Below are positions 25,936 through 38,865 of a DNA stretch of 64,000 nt, piece after piece. Location: the NCBI RefSeq assembly GCF_006345805.1, contig NC_043014.1, positions 48,484,001-48,548,000 on the forward strand, in the 5' to 3' direction. The stretch is from Octopus sinensis (lineage: Eukaryota). A program made the position numbers and the translations under genes. Every line of letters starts with the position of its first letter. Positions within the stretch are counted from its first letter, which is position 1. A model generated the notes under the pieces. The model saw nothing but the letters and a program-made list of their open reading frames with translations. It searched no databases and had not been told where the DNA came from.

Positions 25936-26699
25936 GATGATAATGACTTTAGTAATTAACATTAGAGTTAATAATAATAATAATAATAGTAATAATAATA
26001 ATGATTATTATTATTATTGAACCCTACTACCTGTGATAGAATAAAAAGTTATACCATATTAGGTTTTAGGGTCCAAAAACTATTTTCAGTTAATTTTCAT
26101 ATATTTTTTCGACTTTTTCTCTGTTAGATACATTTCCAACTTGAAGTAAGACTGGATGGAGCCAACAGACTAATTACTAATTGCAATTAAACCCAATTAA
26201 TCTGTTCCTACACTCTAAAAACCCAAATCTATGCCAACTTTCGGTGTTGAGTAGCTCTTATTTTCTCAAATTTTACCTGCCAACTTAGAAGAAATAATTT
26301 TCTTCTTTTTCTCTTTTTTTTTTTCTTTTCCAGTATCTCTTTCTCCTCCTCCTCACATCATTTTCATTATCAGCATCTTCATCATGGATGTGATTCTAAT
26401 GAACTTCATCGCTCTCGTTTGGAGTACTTGTGTAGGTTTTCTTTTCTTTTTCTTAATTCCAGCTTGAGTGATGACTGATCAGTGAAGGGATTAAGCTCCA
26501 CAGTTGTTTAATCTTCTCGTATTCCACAACAGGTTCCTACATTTATTTTGGTCTTCCATAGTTTCTAATGGATGAGACTACTAATTAATCCCCACCGTGA
26601 TAACATTCTATTATCACATGTTGGCAAAATATCTTGCTACTCAAACACACACACGTGTGTGTATACACATTCTCTCTCTGAATTACATACATGTATGCA

Positions 26700-26753
<54 letters not shown>

Positions 26754-27200
26754 CACATTCACATATACTACACTCTTACATGTTGTCTGTCTCACATCCT
26801 CTCTCTCACTCATACATATATTTTTTCTGTCTGTCTGTCTGTCTCTCTTTCTCTCTCTCACACATACACACACACTATAAACTGCTTTGAACATTTTTTG
26901 TAAACACATTATCCATTGAATTCAGATTTATCTTGTTACAAAACTCTCGTAAAGTAAAAGCTGGTGAAATTTAAACTTCACAAATTTTTATCATCATTAA
27001 TACTATTTAAATCTTCTCCTCTCCCTCATTTGAAATTTCTCAGTATTTTGTTTTATTCGAAACCAAATTGTTGTTTTCCATGAATGGGTTTTAGAAATCT
27101 TCGAGAATAGCAGAAACTCTATAATATTATCAATGCTGATATAATCAACAGTAAATTTTGTAGAATCTTGAGAGAGATGCTGTAAAAAATCATTGAGTGG

Positions 27201-27520
27201 GGTGTAGGCATGGGTAAGTGGTTAAGAAGTTTACTTCCCATCTGTGTGATTTTGAGTTCAGTCCCTGTGTGGCATCTTGGGCAAGTTTCTCCTAACTATA
27301 GGCTTGGATTTGGTTGGCAGAGATTGAATGACACTTTCGTATAGATGGCGTTATTTTGTTTTCAATCTTCTGCAAAAGGATTTCTGCCCATAAGGAAAAT
27401 ATTACCTTGCTTGGAAACAAGTGAAGATTAGCAACAGAAAGGGCAACTGGCTGCAGAAAATCTGCCTCAGCAAATTCTGTCTGACCTATGCAAGCATTGA
27501 AAAGTGGATGTTAAAATGAT
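27201..27520 (+). mobile_element. SINE with family B head and family D tail
   Basis: ggtgtaggcatgg..gtggttaagaag..ggcatcttgggcaag ... agggcaactggctg..atgcaagcattgaaaagtggatgttaaaatgat. Confidence 0.65.
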
Positions 27521-27923
27521 TTAGAATCTTCATTTAGGTCCTAACGAGGTGATTAGGAATTGATAGTGCTTTTGGGTTGATTGGGGGAAAGGGTTGACCA
27601 AAAACTATCCAGCAACTCATTTGAAGGTTCTCTTTTTTTCTACGTTCGTCTTGTTTTATTCTTTTGATATTTCATTACTTTAATCCCTTTAGCAGATTAT
27701 CACATTTGTATTCTTGTTTTGCTATCTTACTTTCATCTATATTACAAATCATCTTATCTGTCCTCTCAAATCTGTCATCTAGGCAGCAGATCATTACATC
27801 TCATTTCACTGAAAATCTTTCAGTGTACAAATTACCCCAACTCTTCCCCTCTCTACCTCGTCATCAAACTACAACACACATTGAAGTTTTAATATTTAGT
27901 CACTCACAATATGCTCCAGCAGG

Positions 27924-28095
27924 TCTGCCGTTACGTTCTGAGTTCAAATTCCGCCGAGGTCGACTTTGCCTGTCATCCTTTTGGGGTCGATTAAATAAGT
28001 ACCAGTTATGCACTGGAGTCGATATAATTGACTTAATCCATTTATCTGTCCTTGTTTGTCCTCTCTGTTTGGCCCCTTGTGGGTAGTAAAGAAAT
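27924..28095 (+). mobile_element. 5'-truncated SINE family A with templated inverted 5' patch
   Basis: Starts at tctgccgttacg (A-box missing) and ends gtagtaaagaaat; near-TSD tgaa(g/t)tttta at 27882-27891 and 28095-28104. Confidence 0.9.
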
Positions 28096-28490
28096 GAATT
28101 TTTATAGTGAGGTGGTGGTGGTTGTTGCATATAGCCCTAGGTCAGTCCTGCTGGAGCATATTGTGAGTGACTAAATAATTATATTCTTTCTTCAACATAA
28201 GTTCATATTATTCCCAGTTTGGTGATAAGTACCAGTTGTATATTGGAAGAGGATTCCATCAATTATTATATATAAGCCTTCTTTCCTCTTTAAATGTCTT
28301 TATAAAACTTGTTAAATCTTTCTAAATCACGAAAAGAGAGTATATGGACATATTTCCAGTATATTTCTCCAATTAAATCACTCACCTTTCACCTCTTTTC
28401 AGTGAAGTTAACCTCTGGCCTCTCTTCTTACCCACCATTCTTCATTGATTTGTACAAAATAAATTCCTGATTAGAATCTCCAACACAGAA

Positions 28491-28523
<33 letters not shown>

Positions 28524-29299
28524 AAGCAGAATAGTGGTGCACTTGAATTTACTATACACATATTCTCTATACACAGATACATACACGCCAGCTCGTCTTG
28601 CGTTATTTTTGATAAGCTAATTTAATTTGATGAATCAATGAATGTATGATCAGATCAGCCATGGCATCTAATTTTGCTGTAAACATTGGTGTATGCGTGT
28701 GTATCTGCGTATTTACTTAACTACGTATATATAATCACATACAGTATGTGTGTGTGTTTACTTAACTACACACATATAGTCATATATAGCACATATATTC
28801 ACAGTATGTGTATATATTATTTAATCCTATAAAGAAATATTTTTAACCCTTTATTTTCTCTCCTCAATTGGATCAAAATAAACTTTCTTTGTTTACTTTG
28901 ACAGATTTCCAGCACCAATTTATTATGGCAGTAACAGCCACTAATCTGATAATCTCATCATTGTAAACTGCTTGTTTAAAGTTCCCTGGGCCATCATTGA
29001 GCTTATGTCTCTTATTTTAATGATAATGATGATTATGATGATAGTAGCAGCCTCTCATAGTCTGAGAAAGACAATATATTGTACAGCCAACATCTGTGTC
29101 AACAGTGTAACATACCTCTGTGTTTGTGTGTGTTAAGCCAGACTCAGACTTTCAGATATGGCCACATGGAGTGGGGATGGAGTAAGAGCAGATATTTTAT
29201 TATTCTCTCATAGTGTACCTAGAGGCACTCCAAGCACCACTCAACATAAAAGTGGCATAGAGGTTTAGAACATGACTAGCACCAGGCACATCAATTACA

Positions 29300-29760
29300 A
29301 TGTCAGTCTTAAATTCATATGGTTGGACTTTCAAATAAGACTCAAAGTTGTCTTTTTACCTGTTGTTTGAGCAACCCCAGCGAATGAGTTCCTTGCTCCA
29401 AATCTTCATACAGTTACTTGTCACATCTTCAATTCATCCATCTGGGTTATATGGTCCATCTGAACTAAGTCTTGAGGATCTTCTCATCAATACCTGTGGA
29501 GCTGAAGATGGTGAATTTACCTGATGAGTTGTAAAGGGTGCTCAAACGACCTTGCTCAAGCTAAATGACATGCCATGATACAACATCCATTGACTTCCAG
29601 TTTGGTGGAGAAGTTACTGTCCTTGTGTTACAGTACTCTGATACAGTCACTTCCAAGTCTCTGGGTAGCTTTTTGGATTCCCAGCAGAATGTCTTTGTTG
29701 ACTGCTCCATTGTTGGAAGACGATACTCTCGATGTACCTGATGATGTCAATGTGCTACAG
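29300..29760 (-). mobile_element. RTE-clade LINE ORF2 fragment, heavily decayed
   Basis: Minus strand reads SSNNGAVNKDILLGIQKATQRLG..RVL*HKDSNFSTKLEV...QMDHITQMDE...QV, matching the RTE/BovB RT C-terminal pattern (DxEVxxRIxKAxxAFGRLxxRVW..TKLKVY...RWxGHxxRM). Many stops. Confidence 0.7.
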
Positions 29761-30009
29761 CTGTGATGCAGGGCTGGTATGGAGCACTGGTTGGATAGCA
29801 GACTGCTGGTGGAATTTCCTCTACCCTGTAGCTCATTGTCAAGTCAAACATTTTGATGCATTTGAGAATTTGTTGAATTTTGTCAATGTGCTATGAATGT
29901 AACAGTCTTGGGGAAAATAGAGCTTCCAGTATAAACTTCTTGAAAATCTTCATGTACTGCAAAACAATGACAATCTAAGAGCAATCAAGACAGAATTTGG
30001 TGTAAATAA

Positions 30010-30330
30010 CCGGCACTGTCAGTTACAATGACAAAAGTTCCAGTCGATCCAATCAATGGAACAGCCTACTCATGAAATTAACATGCAGGTGGCTGAGCAT
30101 TCCACAGACACGCATATCCGTATATATGGTCCTCGGGGAGATCCAGCTTAACACAGAATGTGACAAGGTTGGTCCTTTGAAATACAGGTACAACTCATTA
30201 TTGCCAGCTGAGTAGACTGGAGTAATGTGAAATAAAGTGCCTTGCTGAAGGATACAACATGCTGCTAGGAATCGAACTCATGACCTTATGATCATGAGCC
30301 AAATATCCCTAACCACCAAGCCACTCCACC
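30010..30330 (-). mobile_element. SINE family E, near full length
   Basis: Reverse tRNA head (gaatcgaactcatgacc..ccctaaccaccaagccac) and GCCAGCTGAGTAGACTGGAG domain. Confidence 0.75.
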
Positions 30331-30472
30331 TTCACTAGTGTTTGATGTAGTTACCCATTGGCAACATTCAGAACAGATTGAAATGTGCTGGTGCATGCAT
30401 GCACCCTTTCTCCGTACTGTTGAAGGTGTCAAACTTGTCAATAAACCACTGTCAGTTAAGGGATGTTCTTAA

Positions 30473-30693
30473 CCCTTTAGTGTTTAAACCGGCCAAATCC
30501 GGCCCAATATATTCTACATGTTTTATATTCAAACTGGCGATATCTAGCCTCTCACTCCTAACCTACAATGCCATTCTGAAAATAAGCAATCACATCATTG
30601 AAACCTCAAAGCTATAAGATAATGCAAGATTAATTCAAAACAATTTGAGTGAAAAAGTATTACATTTAACAGAGTATTCTGAACACTAAAGGG
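30473..30693 (+). mobile_element. piggyBac-type MITE family 1
   Basis: TTAA TSD on both sides; TIR CCCTTTAG/CTAAAGGG. Confidence 0.85.
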
Positions 30694-32226
30694 TTAAACA
30701 TAGTAATATCGACACACAACATCAACAACATTCCTCTGTATATTCCACTTTTCATGTCACACCCACTTACAGCATCACTGCCTATCGCCAACCAGGCCTA
30801 CCACTTCATCTTTCATCTTTCTCTGCTCTCTTTTTGAAGGCCAACTCAACTCAACTCTAACTTAACCAGCAGCATTCTTTATTTAGATTAATTGTTAACT
30901 TGATACAACCACATTCACCACCACTTACATTAGATTCTGGTCTCTGGCCACTTCACTCCTAACCCAGTAAATTTCTCATTCATAAATCTCTTGCTACTCA
31001 CTGTAAACTCTTGTTCTAGGTTCATTCACATCAAATTCATTACAACCGAAACAAACCTCACCCAGCCACTTCTTTCTACCAATTCTACCTTGACTGTTTA
31101 CTAGTGAGGCCAGATGATGAGTTTGTAAGGCAGGATCTGTTGGTAGGATAGTAGACTTCGGACAAGTAGGCCTAGTAATATTTGAGTTAATGAACTTTTG
31201 GGGGTCACTTCTTCTGCACCTCAGGCTTATGATTCTCATAGAGATTTCAGTCACCATTATCATTACCACCACCATTACTATCACAGCTGTCACCAATGTC
31301 AGCACCATGTATAGAAGTAGGTATTTCCTCCATTGCCATGGTGTAGAAATAGCCTCTTCTCCAATAAACACCCTCGCTCAAATATCAGACTGTTTGAGTC
31401 GAAGTCACTCTTTCCCACGTTCTCACTCACACCTGCTGAGCAAGAAATCAAATCCAATATGTTAGATCCTTTCCAATACCTGATGATCTCCGTTCTCTGT
31501 TCTGTTGGTGACTCTTAATAGTCCTGCTGTTATGCTTCATTTTAAAGACAAACAGAGGTGCAATTTGCTGGTTTTGACAGTGGCCTTCAACAGGTCAAGT
31601 TGTCTTGTTGACACATGATAGCCCTACAGTTTTTATTTTAACCAGGAAATATATTACACAACCAAAACAAATCTAGTTTGTTTCACTGAGGCTAAACCAG
31701 AAAGAATGAAAGGCTGGGTGCGACAACTATGTGTGGTTGGTTTGTGACCTTCCAGACACAGCAGTGTGGGCAGTGAAACCTTATTACATAGACTCAACAT
31801 GTACATACGTACACATGCATACACATGGATGAACTCGCATATAGTGGAAAGAATAGATAAAGGCGTGTACAGACACACACATATGCATTGTGTGTGTGTG
31901 TGTGTGTGTGTACAACTCATGTTTCTGCACACCTTTAAACATTCTTTACAATCCGGTCAAGCATGGCATTTCGAATTAAATATCCTTTCAAGTGCATAAT
32001 GTAGAAGAACCTTTGACCCATAACCTGACTGACAGCCAGATGTCTTAGCCATTGGCTGATCTGGGTTTTACACCCACCTTATTGTTTATTTGTTGAAAGG
32101 CTTAGATATAACCTTTCCCATGACTGTATTTCTAAGAAAATCATGTGCTATTTTGAAAATAAACAAGAGAGATTTACTTTACAAAAAAAATGAATAAATA
32201 AGTATTTAACATTCTGCTATAGTAGA

Positions 32227-32401
32227 AGACACTTGCCCAAGGTGCCACACAGTGGGACTGAACCCAGAACCATGTAGTTGGTTGGAAAAATTTGACTGGA
32301 GACTGCTGCTGCTGGTACCACCTACAGTTGCTTTCAGAGTAAGAGGGAAAGAGAGATAGTTTACTAAGAAATAGGAGAGAGGGTGAAGGTTCCCTATAGA
32401 T
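32227..32401. repeat. Direct repeat copy 1 (family B SINE fragment fused to ~118 bp unique sequence)
   Basis: Near-identical to 34915-35086. Confidence 0.9.
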
Positions 32402-33208
32402 GTTCAGAATATTCTTACATGAACTTCTGACAAGTTTCTTCTTCAAATGTATTTTAAAAACAGAAGATTGTGTGTCATCAGAACCTTCGATGGTCTCAGG
32501 TTGGCTGGTATCAAAAGAGTTACTTTCTTTTGTGTATGGAGTCTGCTGTACATGTGGGTATAAGTTTGTGGTTAACAAGTTTTCCTTCATGATCATGTGG
32601 TATCAGTTTTGACCCAATTTTGGGCCACATGTTCAAAACCTTGTGAGTAAAATCAGAACTCTATTGGATAAACATTAATGTAACTGCACATACAACCTTT
32701 ATTTCATTGTTGGTTTGTTTACGTCCCTGTAATATAGCTGCTTGGCAAAGGGATAGATAGAAGTACCAGAATTGTGTTGGGTTGCATGCTCCAGCATGGT
32801 CGCAATCCAATGACTAAAACAAGCAAAAGATAAAAGATGAGTTCTATCTCCACTTCCCCTCCACCCCTGGAAACCCTGTTGCCTTTGATCCTTAAATAAT
32901 CACTATGTGTTTGTGTCATATTCTGCCTATTGTTAATTTACTTCTAATTAATTATATCTATAATTAAGCTGTTTACTTCCACAAAGGTATCTCTGCAAAC
33001 AGGAAGTTCATTAAAAACTGGTTTTGTTCTTTTCTTAAATTTTTCCCTCTTTTTTTTTTCCACTTCGTTTCTTCCACCACTTCACAGTTTTCGTCTTCTT
33101 TTTCTGTCTTCCCTCTCCCCAAGAATGGAATCACCCATTCTAAAAGCATTACTACCTTTAACCAAGGCTGATTGACATCAAGGCCTGTCAACCAAAATGT
33201 ACATTTAA

Positions 33209-33427
33209 CCCTTTAGTATTTAAACCGGCCATATCCGGCCGAAATATTTAATCTGTTTTATGTTCAAACTGACCAGATCCAGGCCCTCACACCTACCCTA
33301 CAATGTCATTCTACATTAAGTAATTACACCATCAAGATCTTGAAGATATGAGATAATGCATGATTAATTCAAATCAATGGGAATCAATAGCCATTATGTT
33401 TGATAGAATAATCTGAACGCTAAAGGG
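33209..33427 (+). mobile_element. piggyBac-type MITE family 1
   Basis: TTAA|CCCTTTAG ... CTAAAGGG|TTAA. Confidence 0.85.
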
Positions 33428-33472
33428 TTAAGTCTATATAACCTAGTCAATGTGTCTCGTGATCAATTCCTA

Positions 33473-33524
<52 letters not shown>

Positions 33525-34036
33525 TCCAATTATGATCTTCTCCATATCTATATACTTATTGATCCAATATTGTAATCCAGCTTCATCTCATAAAAGGCAA
33601 CCCCTTGAAGACTTTTATGTTGTTGTTTAGCCTGCTAACACCCATGACCGTTTCATGTCCGCCCCTCACCCTGGTGTAGTACAACTTGAACTAAATTATC
33701 CGATGTGTTTTCAGTTTTTCAAAATGATAGGATGTAGTTTGAAGGAGGATTGGCTGCTATTTTTAACATGTCAAGTGACAAGTGACCACATGTCACTTGT
33801 TTGATTTCCTCTTGGTATGCGTTCTGGTTGGTTACCCCGACTTTGAACATCCGTGAGTGTTTGTTTTTACAGTGGGCTTGGTACCCTGCTTAGCAGCCCA
33901 ACAAAGGTTGATGTTGGGATAGCCAGAGTATCACCTTTGAAGGTATATAGTCAATTTTAACAGGACCTAGTATCTGACTGGTACTTAATTTATCAATGTT
34001 GATAAGGAAAAAGGCTCAGTCCACCTGATTTAAGTG

Positions 34037-34274
34037 GCGGTGAGCTGGCAGAAACATTAGCACACCGGGCGAAATGCATAGCCGTATTTCGTCTGCCATA
34101 GCGTTCTGAGTTCAAATTCCGCCGAGGTCGACTTTGCCTTTCATCCTTTCGGGGTCGATAAACTAAGTACCAGTTACGCACTGGGGTCGATTTAATCGAC
34201 TTAATACCTATGTCTGTCCTTGTTTGTCCCCTCTGTGTCTCTGTGTTTAGCCCCTTGTGGGTAGTAAAGAAATA
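34037..34274 (+). mobile_element. SINE family A, full length, with 10-bp TSD
   Basis: TSD gatttaagtg at 34027-34036 and 34277-34286. Confidence 0.92.
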
Positions 34275-34649
34275 AGGATTTAAGTGAGAACATATAGATG
34301 TAATGAAATACCATGAGGATTTTTATCTGACACTAACGAATGTCGCTCATCAATTTATTTTTAATTGTAATGTCTTCTTGCTGGATTGTCTGCTCTGTCT
34401 GTTACAATTTTTTTATAAATCAACATTTGAAGGGAGTTGTTGGAAAATTACTGTAAAGAACAAAAGAAACTAAGCAAACTGCTCAATGACACTTGATAGT
34501 GTTGAAGTTGTAAGAGAGACACTTTACCTGTTGTGCTTCTGTGATTTTAACCTGATACAGTGGTCGTAAATACACACCCACATGTATCTATGTACATGTA
34601 CACAAATGTTTGTTTTGCTGTGCAATCTGTGAATATATCTTCGCTCTTT

Positions 34650-34968
34650 TACTCTTCTACTTGTTTCAGTCATTTGACTGCGGCCGTACTGGAGCACCGC
34701 CTTTAGTCGAGCAAATCGACCCCAGGACTTATTCTTTGTAAGCCTAGTACTTATTCTATCGGTCTCTTTTGCCGAACTGCTAAGTTACGGGGAACGTAAA
34801 CACACCAGCATCGGTTGTCAAGCAATGTTAGAGGGACAAATACACGCACATATATATACATATGATGAGCTTTTTTCAGTTTCTGTCTACCAAATCCACT
34901 CACAAGGCTTTGGTAGACACTTGCCCGAGGTGCCACGCTGTGGGACTGAACCCAGAACCATGTGGTTG
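34650..34968 (-). mobile_element. SINE family B, young copy lacking its A-box
   Basis: CpG-rich body (ggagcaccgcctttagtcgagcaaatcgaccccagg); the head is replaced by the duplicated unique sequence. Confidence 0.85.
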
Positions 34969-35086
34969 GCAGGGAAAATTTGACTGGAGACTGTTGCTGC
35001 CACCACCTACAGTTGCTTTCAGAGTAAGAGGGAAAGAGAGATAGTTTACTAAGAAATAGGAGATAGGGTGAAGGTTCCCTATAGAT
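34915..35086. repeat. Direct repeat copy 2
   Basis: Near-identical to 32227-32401. Confidence 0.9.
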
Positions 35087-35710
35087 ATGCAATCAAATGG
35101 GGATGATATTTATGCCCCACATGAATAGTACATCTGGCATTTTTGCAGTTGGTGTTAAGTCAGAGAATAAAGTAACAGGTTGACATCAGAAAGGGCATCC
35201 AACCTTAGAATGTTGCTTCAGTTAGTCTCATTCAGTCCATACCAGCATAGGAAAAAAAACATGAAACCAACAGTGACGATGATGATGATAGTGGTGGTGG
35301 TTAATGTTGATGATATATCTATCTTCTAGAAGAGATCATCTGTGTTTTATTTCTCTCCACAAAAGTGGCAGGCCAGGCAGTCAATAGATCAAGCCAGTCA
35401 TATTATAAAGGTTAATTAATTATCAAGTTCCTTCGTGTCATCTTTTTTTTGTGTTTGACATGTTTGACAGGTCACACTGTCTTTTCTTCTCTTCCTCTTT
35501 CAGAAATCCCAGGCTTTTTTTTTTTCCTTTTCTGCCTGTCATAAAAAGATTTCCATTAATTCATTCTACAATTTCTAATATTCTGTGGTAGTGGGACAGT
35601 ACTGTACAGCAGTTGTTTGGTAGTTTGTCAGTTCATTTCTTACTGGACACATCTGAGAGTGACTGACTCTTGGGCTAAAGTGTTCAATTATACACACTCT
35701 TCCACAATAC

Positions 35711-35944
35711 TTATTTCTTTACTACCCACAAGGGGCTAAACACAGAGAGGACAAACAAGGACAGACAAAGGGATTAAGCCAATTACATCGACCCCAGTGC
35801 GTATCTGGTTCTTAATTTATCGACCCTGAAAGGATGAAAGGCAAAGTTGACCTCGGCGGAATTTGAACTCAGAACGTAGCGGCAGACGAAATACTGCTGA
35901 GCATTTCGCCCGGCGTGCTAAAGATTCTGCCAGCTCACCGCCTT
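35711..35944 (-). mobile_element. SINE family A, full length
   Basis: Consensus match; possible 6-bp TSD caatac (35705-35710, 35945-35950). Confidence 0.9.
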
Positions 35945-36839
35945 CAATACCATCACAGTGACAGTTTAAGGACCAGATATTTTTCAGAGATAGGAGTTAT
36001 GTGTGTGTGTGTGCTTTAGCATTGTCATCAGTTGATGTCCATATTCCAAACTGGTATGAGTTGGTTGGTTTGACAGGATCTGATGGGTCTGAGGACTACA
36101 ACATGCTCCATTGTCTAATTTTACATAGTCTCTATGGCTTGATACCATTTCCAACATCAACCTGGGTACCTTTTACATGCCACCATCACCAGTGAAGTTG
36201 CCATGCAGATTGCTAGACTAAGATCCCCTTTGACTGAGTAGGGTTACAGAAGAGAGGGAATCAGCTTTATACTGTAGAATGAGATGTTCAAGTGAATGAG
36301 AAGGGGGCCCAGCAGAGAACAGGTTTCTTGCTAAAGGGTAACTACATGGTTACTCACATTTTAGAAGAGAAGGTGGGGATGATAGTGGTGGTTCTGGGGT
36401 AATGGTGATGAGGTATCTGGGTGAGCCCTCAAGTTACCAGGTGTTAGAAGTGAGTGGGTGAGGACAGAGTTTGCAGAGTCTATGGGAGAACAGATATAGG
36501 GAATAGGTGAGAGAGTGAATATAATGAATGAAGAACAAGTGCTGAGGGTCGATTAGGGGAGCTGGGGAACAGTTGGTGATGACCATAGAGGGTTGAGTGG
36601 TGGATGTATGTTATGAAAATGATGGATAAGAAGTGGAGGATGGCCATGATATATGGGGATGAAGAACAGCAGAATAGTAATTATGATGCAGTAGATAAAG
36701 GGTGTGTGAGCAAGATTTATGGATGGGTAGGTTATAAGAGTGTGGGGAGGAGAGAGAATTTGGTGGGTCATTGGGGTTAATAATAATTATTTTCAAATTA
36801 AGCGGAAGAGCAAGAGTTTTAAGTGATGGTGGGGTATTA

Positions 36840-37645
36840 AGTGGATTGCATCAACTCCAGCACTTGACTGGTACTTATTTTATCTTTTAAGGACCTTGGC
36901 AGCATTTGAACTTAATGTAAAGAGCCAGATGAAATGGTGCTAAATGTTTTGTCCTGTGAGCTAATGATTCTGTCAGCTCACCACCTTAACAATAATAATA
37001 ATAATATTTTCTACTATAAGTACAAAACCTGAAATTTTCAGGGAGGAGGTGGCTTAATTACATCAACCCCAGTGCTTAACTGGTACTTCATTGTTCAGCA
37101 TGCTAACTATTCTGCCACATCGCTGCCTTAATAGTAATAATAATAATAACAATAATAAAAGCACTGAGAGCGCAAACCTCTGCCAAGGCAACACCAACAT
37201 CCTCTCAATGATTAGACAGAGATGATTTTTGAAATGAGAATATCTGAAATAAACTCGACTGCTCTCACAAACGAGAATACTAAAAATGAACCTGACCACT
37301 CTCAAAAATTATGTAAAAAAAAAACAGGAAAAATAATCCAGAATCTTTGTCCGGTAATGGATGAATCCCAAAATCTAATCATTTTGTGCCAGTCACAAGG
37401 CCAAACATACCTAAAAATTTCATCTGAATCCATTTGGCAGTTCTTGAGATATCTCGTCCACAGACAAACAAACATGACTGAAAACAATGCCTTCGCTAAA
37501 GCGGAGGTGATAATAATCTTTTCTACTATAGGCACAAGGGCTGAAATCTGAGGGGTGGGGGTATAGTCGATTACATTTATCCCAGTACACAACTAGTACT
37601 TAATTTATCAACCCCGAAAGGATGAAAGGCAAAGTTGACCTCGGT
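36840..37645 (-). mobile_element. Cluster of degraded family A SINE fragments (A2 tail)
   Basis: actggtactt..atcaaccccgaaaggatgaaaggcaaag segments at ~36860, 37070 and 37590, spaced by (AAT)n. Confidence 0.6.
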
Positions 37646-38504
37646 GTAATAATAATAATTGTAACCCAACTTTGTGGGGAGTGTTTTGTCTATGCTAAGT
37701 GTTACAGAAACTGTCAACAGCATTGAAATTAAGGTTTTTATAGGAAGGAGAAAGACCAGGTGCAACAATTCACCTGTCATTTTCAGTTATTTTAGTTTCA
37801 AATCCAGTAAGCATACCAGTCACGGTTGTATCCTTCCGCTGTAGGCTTATTACACAGACATTAAACTATAATTACTATACTAGAGTTACTTTCATCAATA
37901 CTCTGGCTTCATGTGTCTCCCCCGAAATCAATCATTAATCACATACACATACATAGTAATTTACGCTGAATTGATGATGACAGACATGTCGTATTAAACA
38001 CTTGACATATTTTGAAAATTGATTTCCTCCACTAAAATTTATAAAACCTCGTCTGTAAAGTCTTTAAGTTAACTGAGTATTTTAGAAACTTGTTGCCCCT
38101 CTCTTCCATCCTTCCCTTTCTCTTCCCCCTTGAACTCATATTTGTATAAAGTAAGGCTACTACTATACCCTGCGACAGACTTGACACCTTTTCAAAGGAT
38201 ATGTTGTGATCTCGGTCACTTATATGCTATGGAATCTGGATAACTGGGCCCCAATGCGTCCTAAGACTTGAGGCAGTTCTGCCCAAGGTTTTGATGATGA
38301 TGGCTATCATATTTTCAAGTGAATGGAGGGAGATTTGGCTGCTTTTTCTAGCAGCTTTAATAGTTCCATAGAGGCTTACTCATTGGCTTGTGATGGTAGT
38401 GGGAAATGTCAAGAGAAGGGTAAAATTTATTTCTGAATGAAATTGACATTTTAATATTCAATTTTATCTTTCAATTCTGTTGTTAAATTTAAATAAATAA
38501 ATAT

Positions 38505-38865
38505 AGGTGCAGTCATAGCTGTGTGGTTAAGAAGTTTGCTTTCCAACCACATGGTTCTGGGTTCAGTCCCACTGTGTGGCACGTTGGGCAAGTACCTACT
38601 GTAATCTCAAGCCTTGTGAGTGGATATGGTAGACAGAAACTGAAAGTAGCCCATCATATAAATTAAACGTGTGTTTATTTGTGTTTGTCCACCACCAACG
38701 GTTAAGAACTGGAGTTGGTTTGGCATGAGACCAATAGAATAAGCAATCCGGGCTAAAATTTTTTTTTTTAAATGAATACCAAGGGTGTGGTCAATTCGAC
38801 TCAAGCCCTCTAAGGCGTATCTCAGCACGGCTGCTGTCTAATGAGTGAAACAAGTAAAAGGTAAA
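38505..38865 (+). mobile_element. SINE family B, near full length
   Basis: ggtgcagtcatagctgtgtggttaagaagtttgc..ggttcagtccc..gaaacaagtaaaag. Confidence 0.8.

Noticed and set aside
27893-28177. 31-bp inverted repeat read as MITE TIRs capturing a SINE
   Set aside because: Ends do not resemble known TIRs, the right arm is continuous with flanking sequence, and a TSD brackets the left arm plus SINE. A templated insertion explains it better.
30994-31371. 125-aa minus-strand ORF
   Set aside because: Includes (CAT/CAC)n-derived sequence; no recognisable motif or splice signals.
36250-36790. G/A-rich segment that looks like decayed retroelement coding sequence
   Set aside because: No diagnostic motif found by eye.
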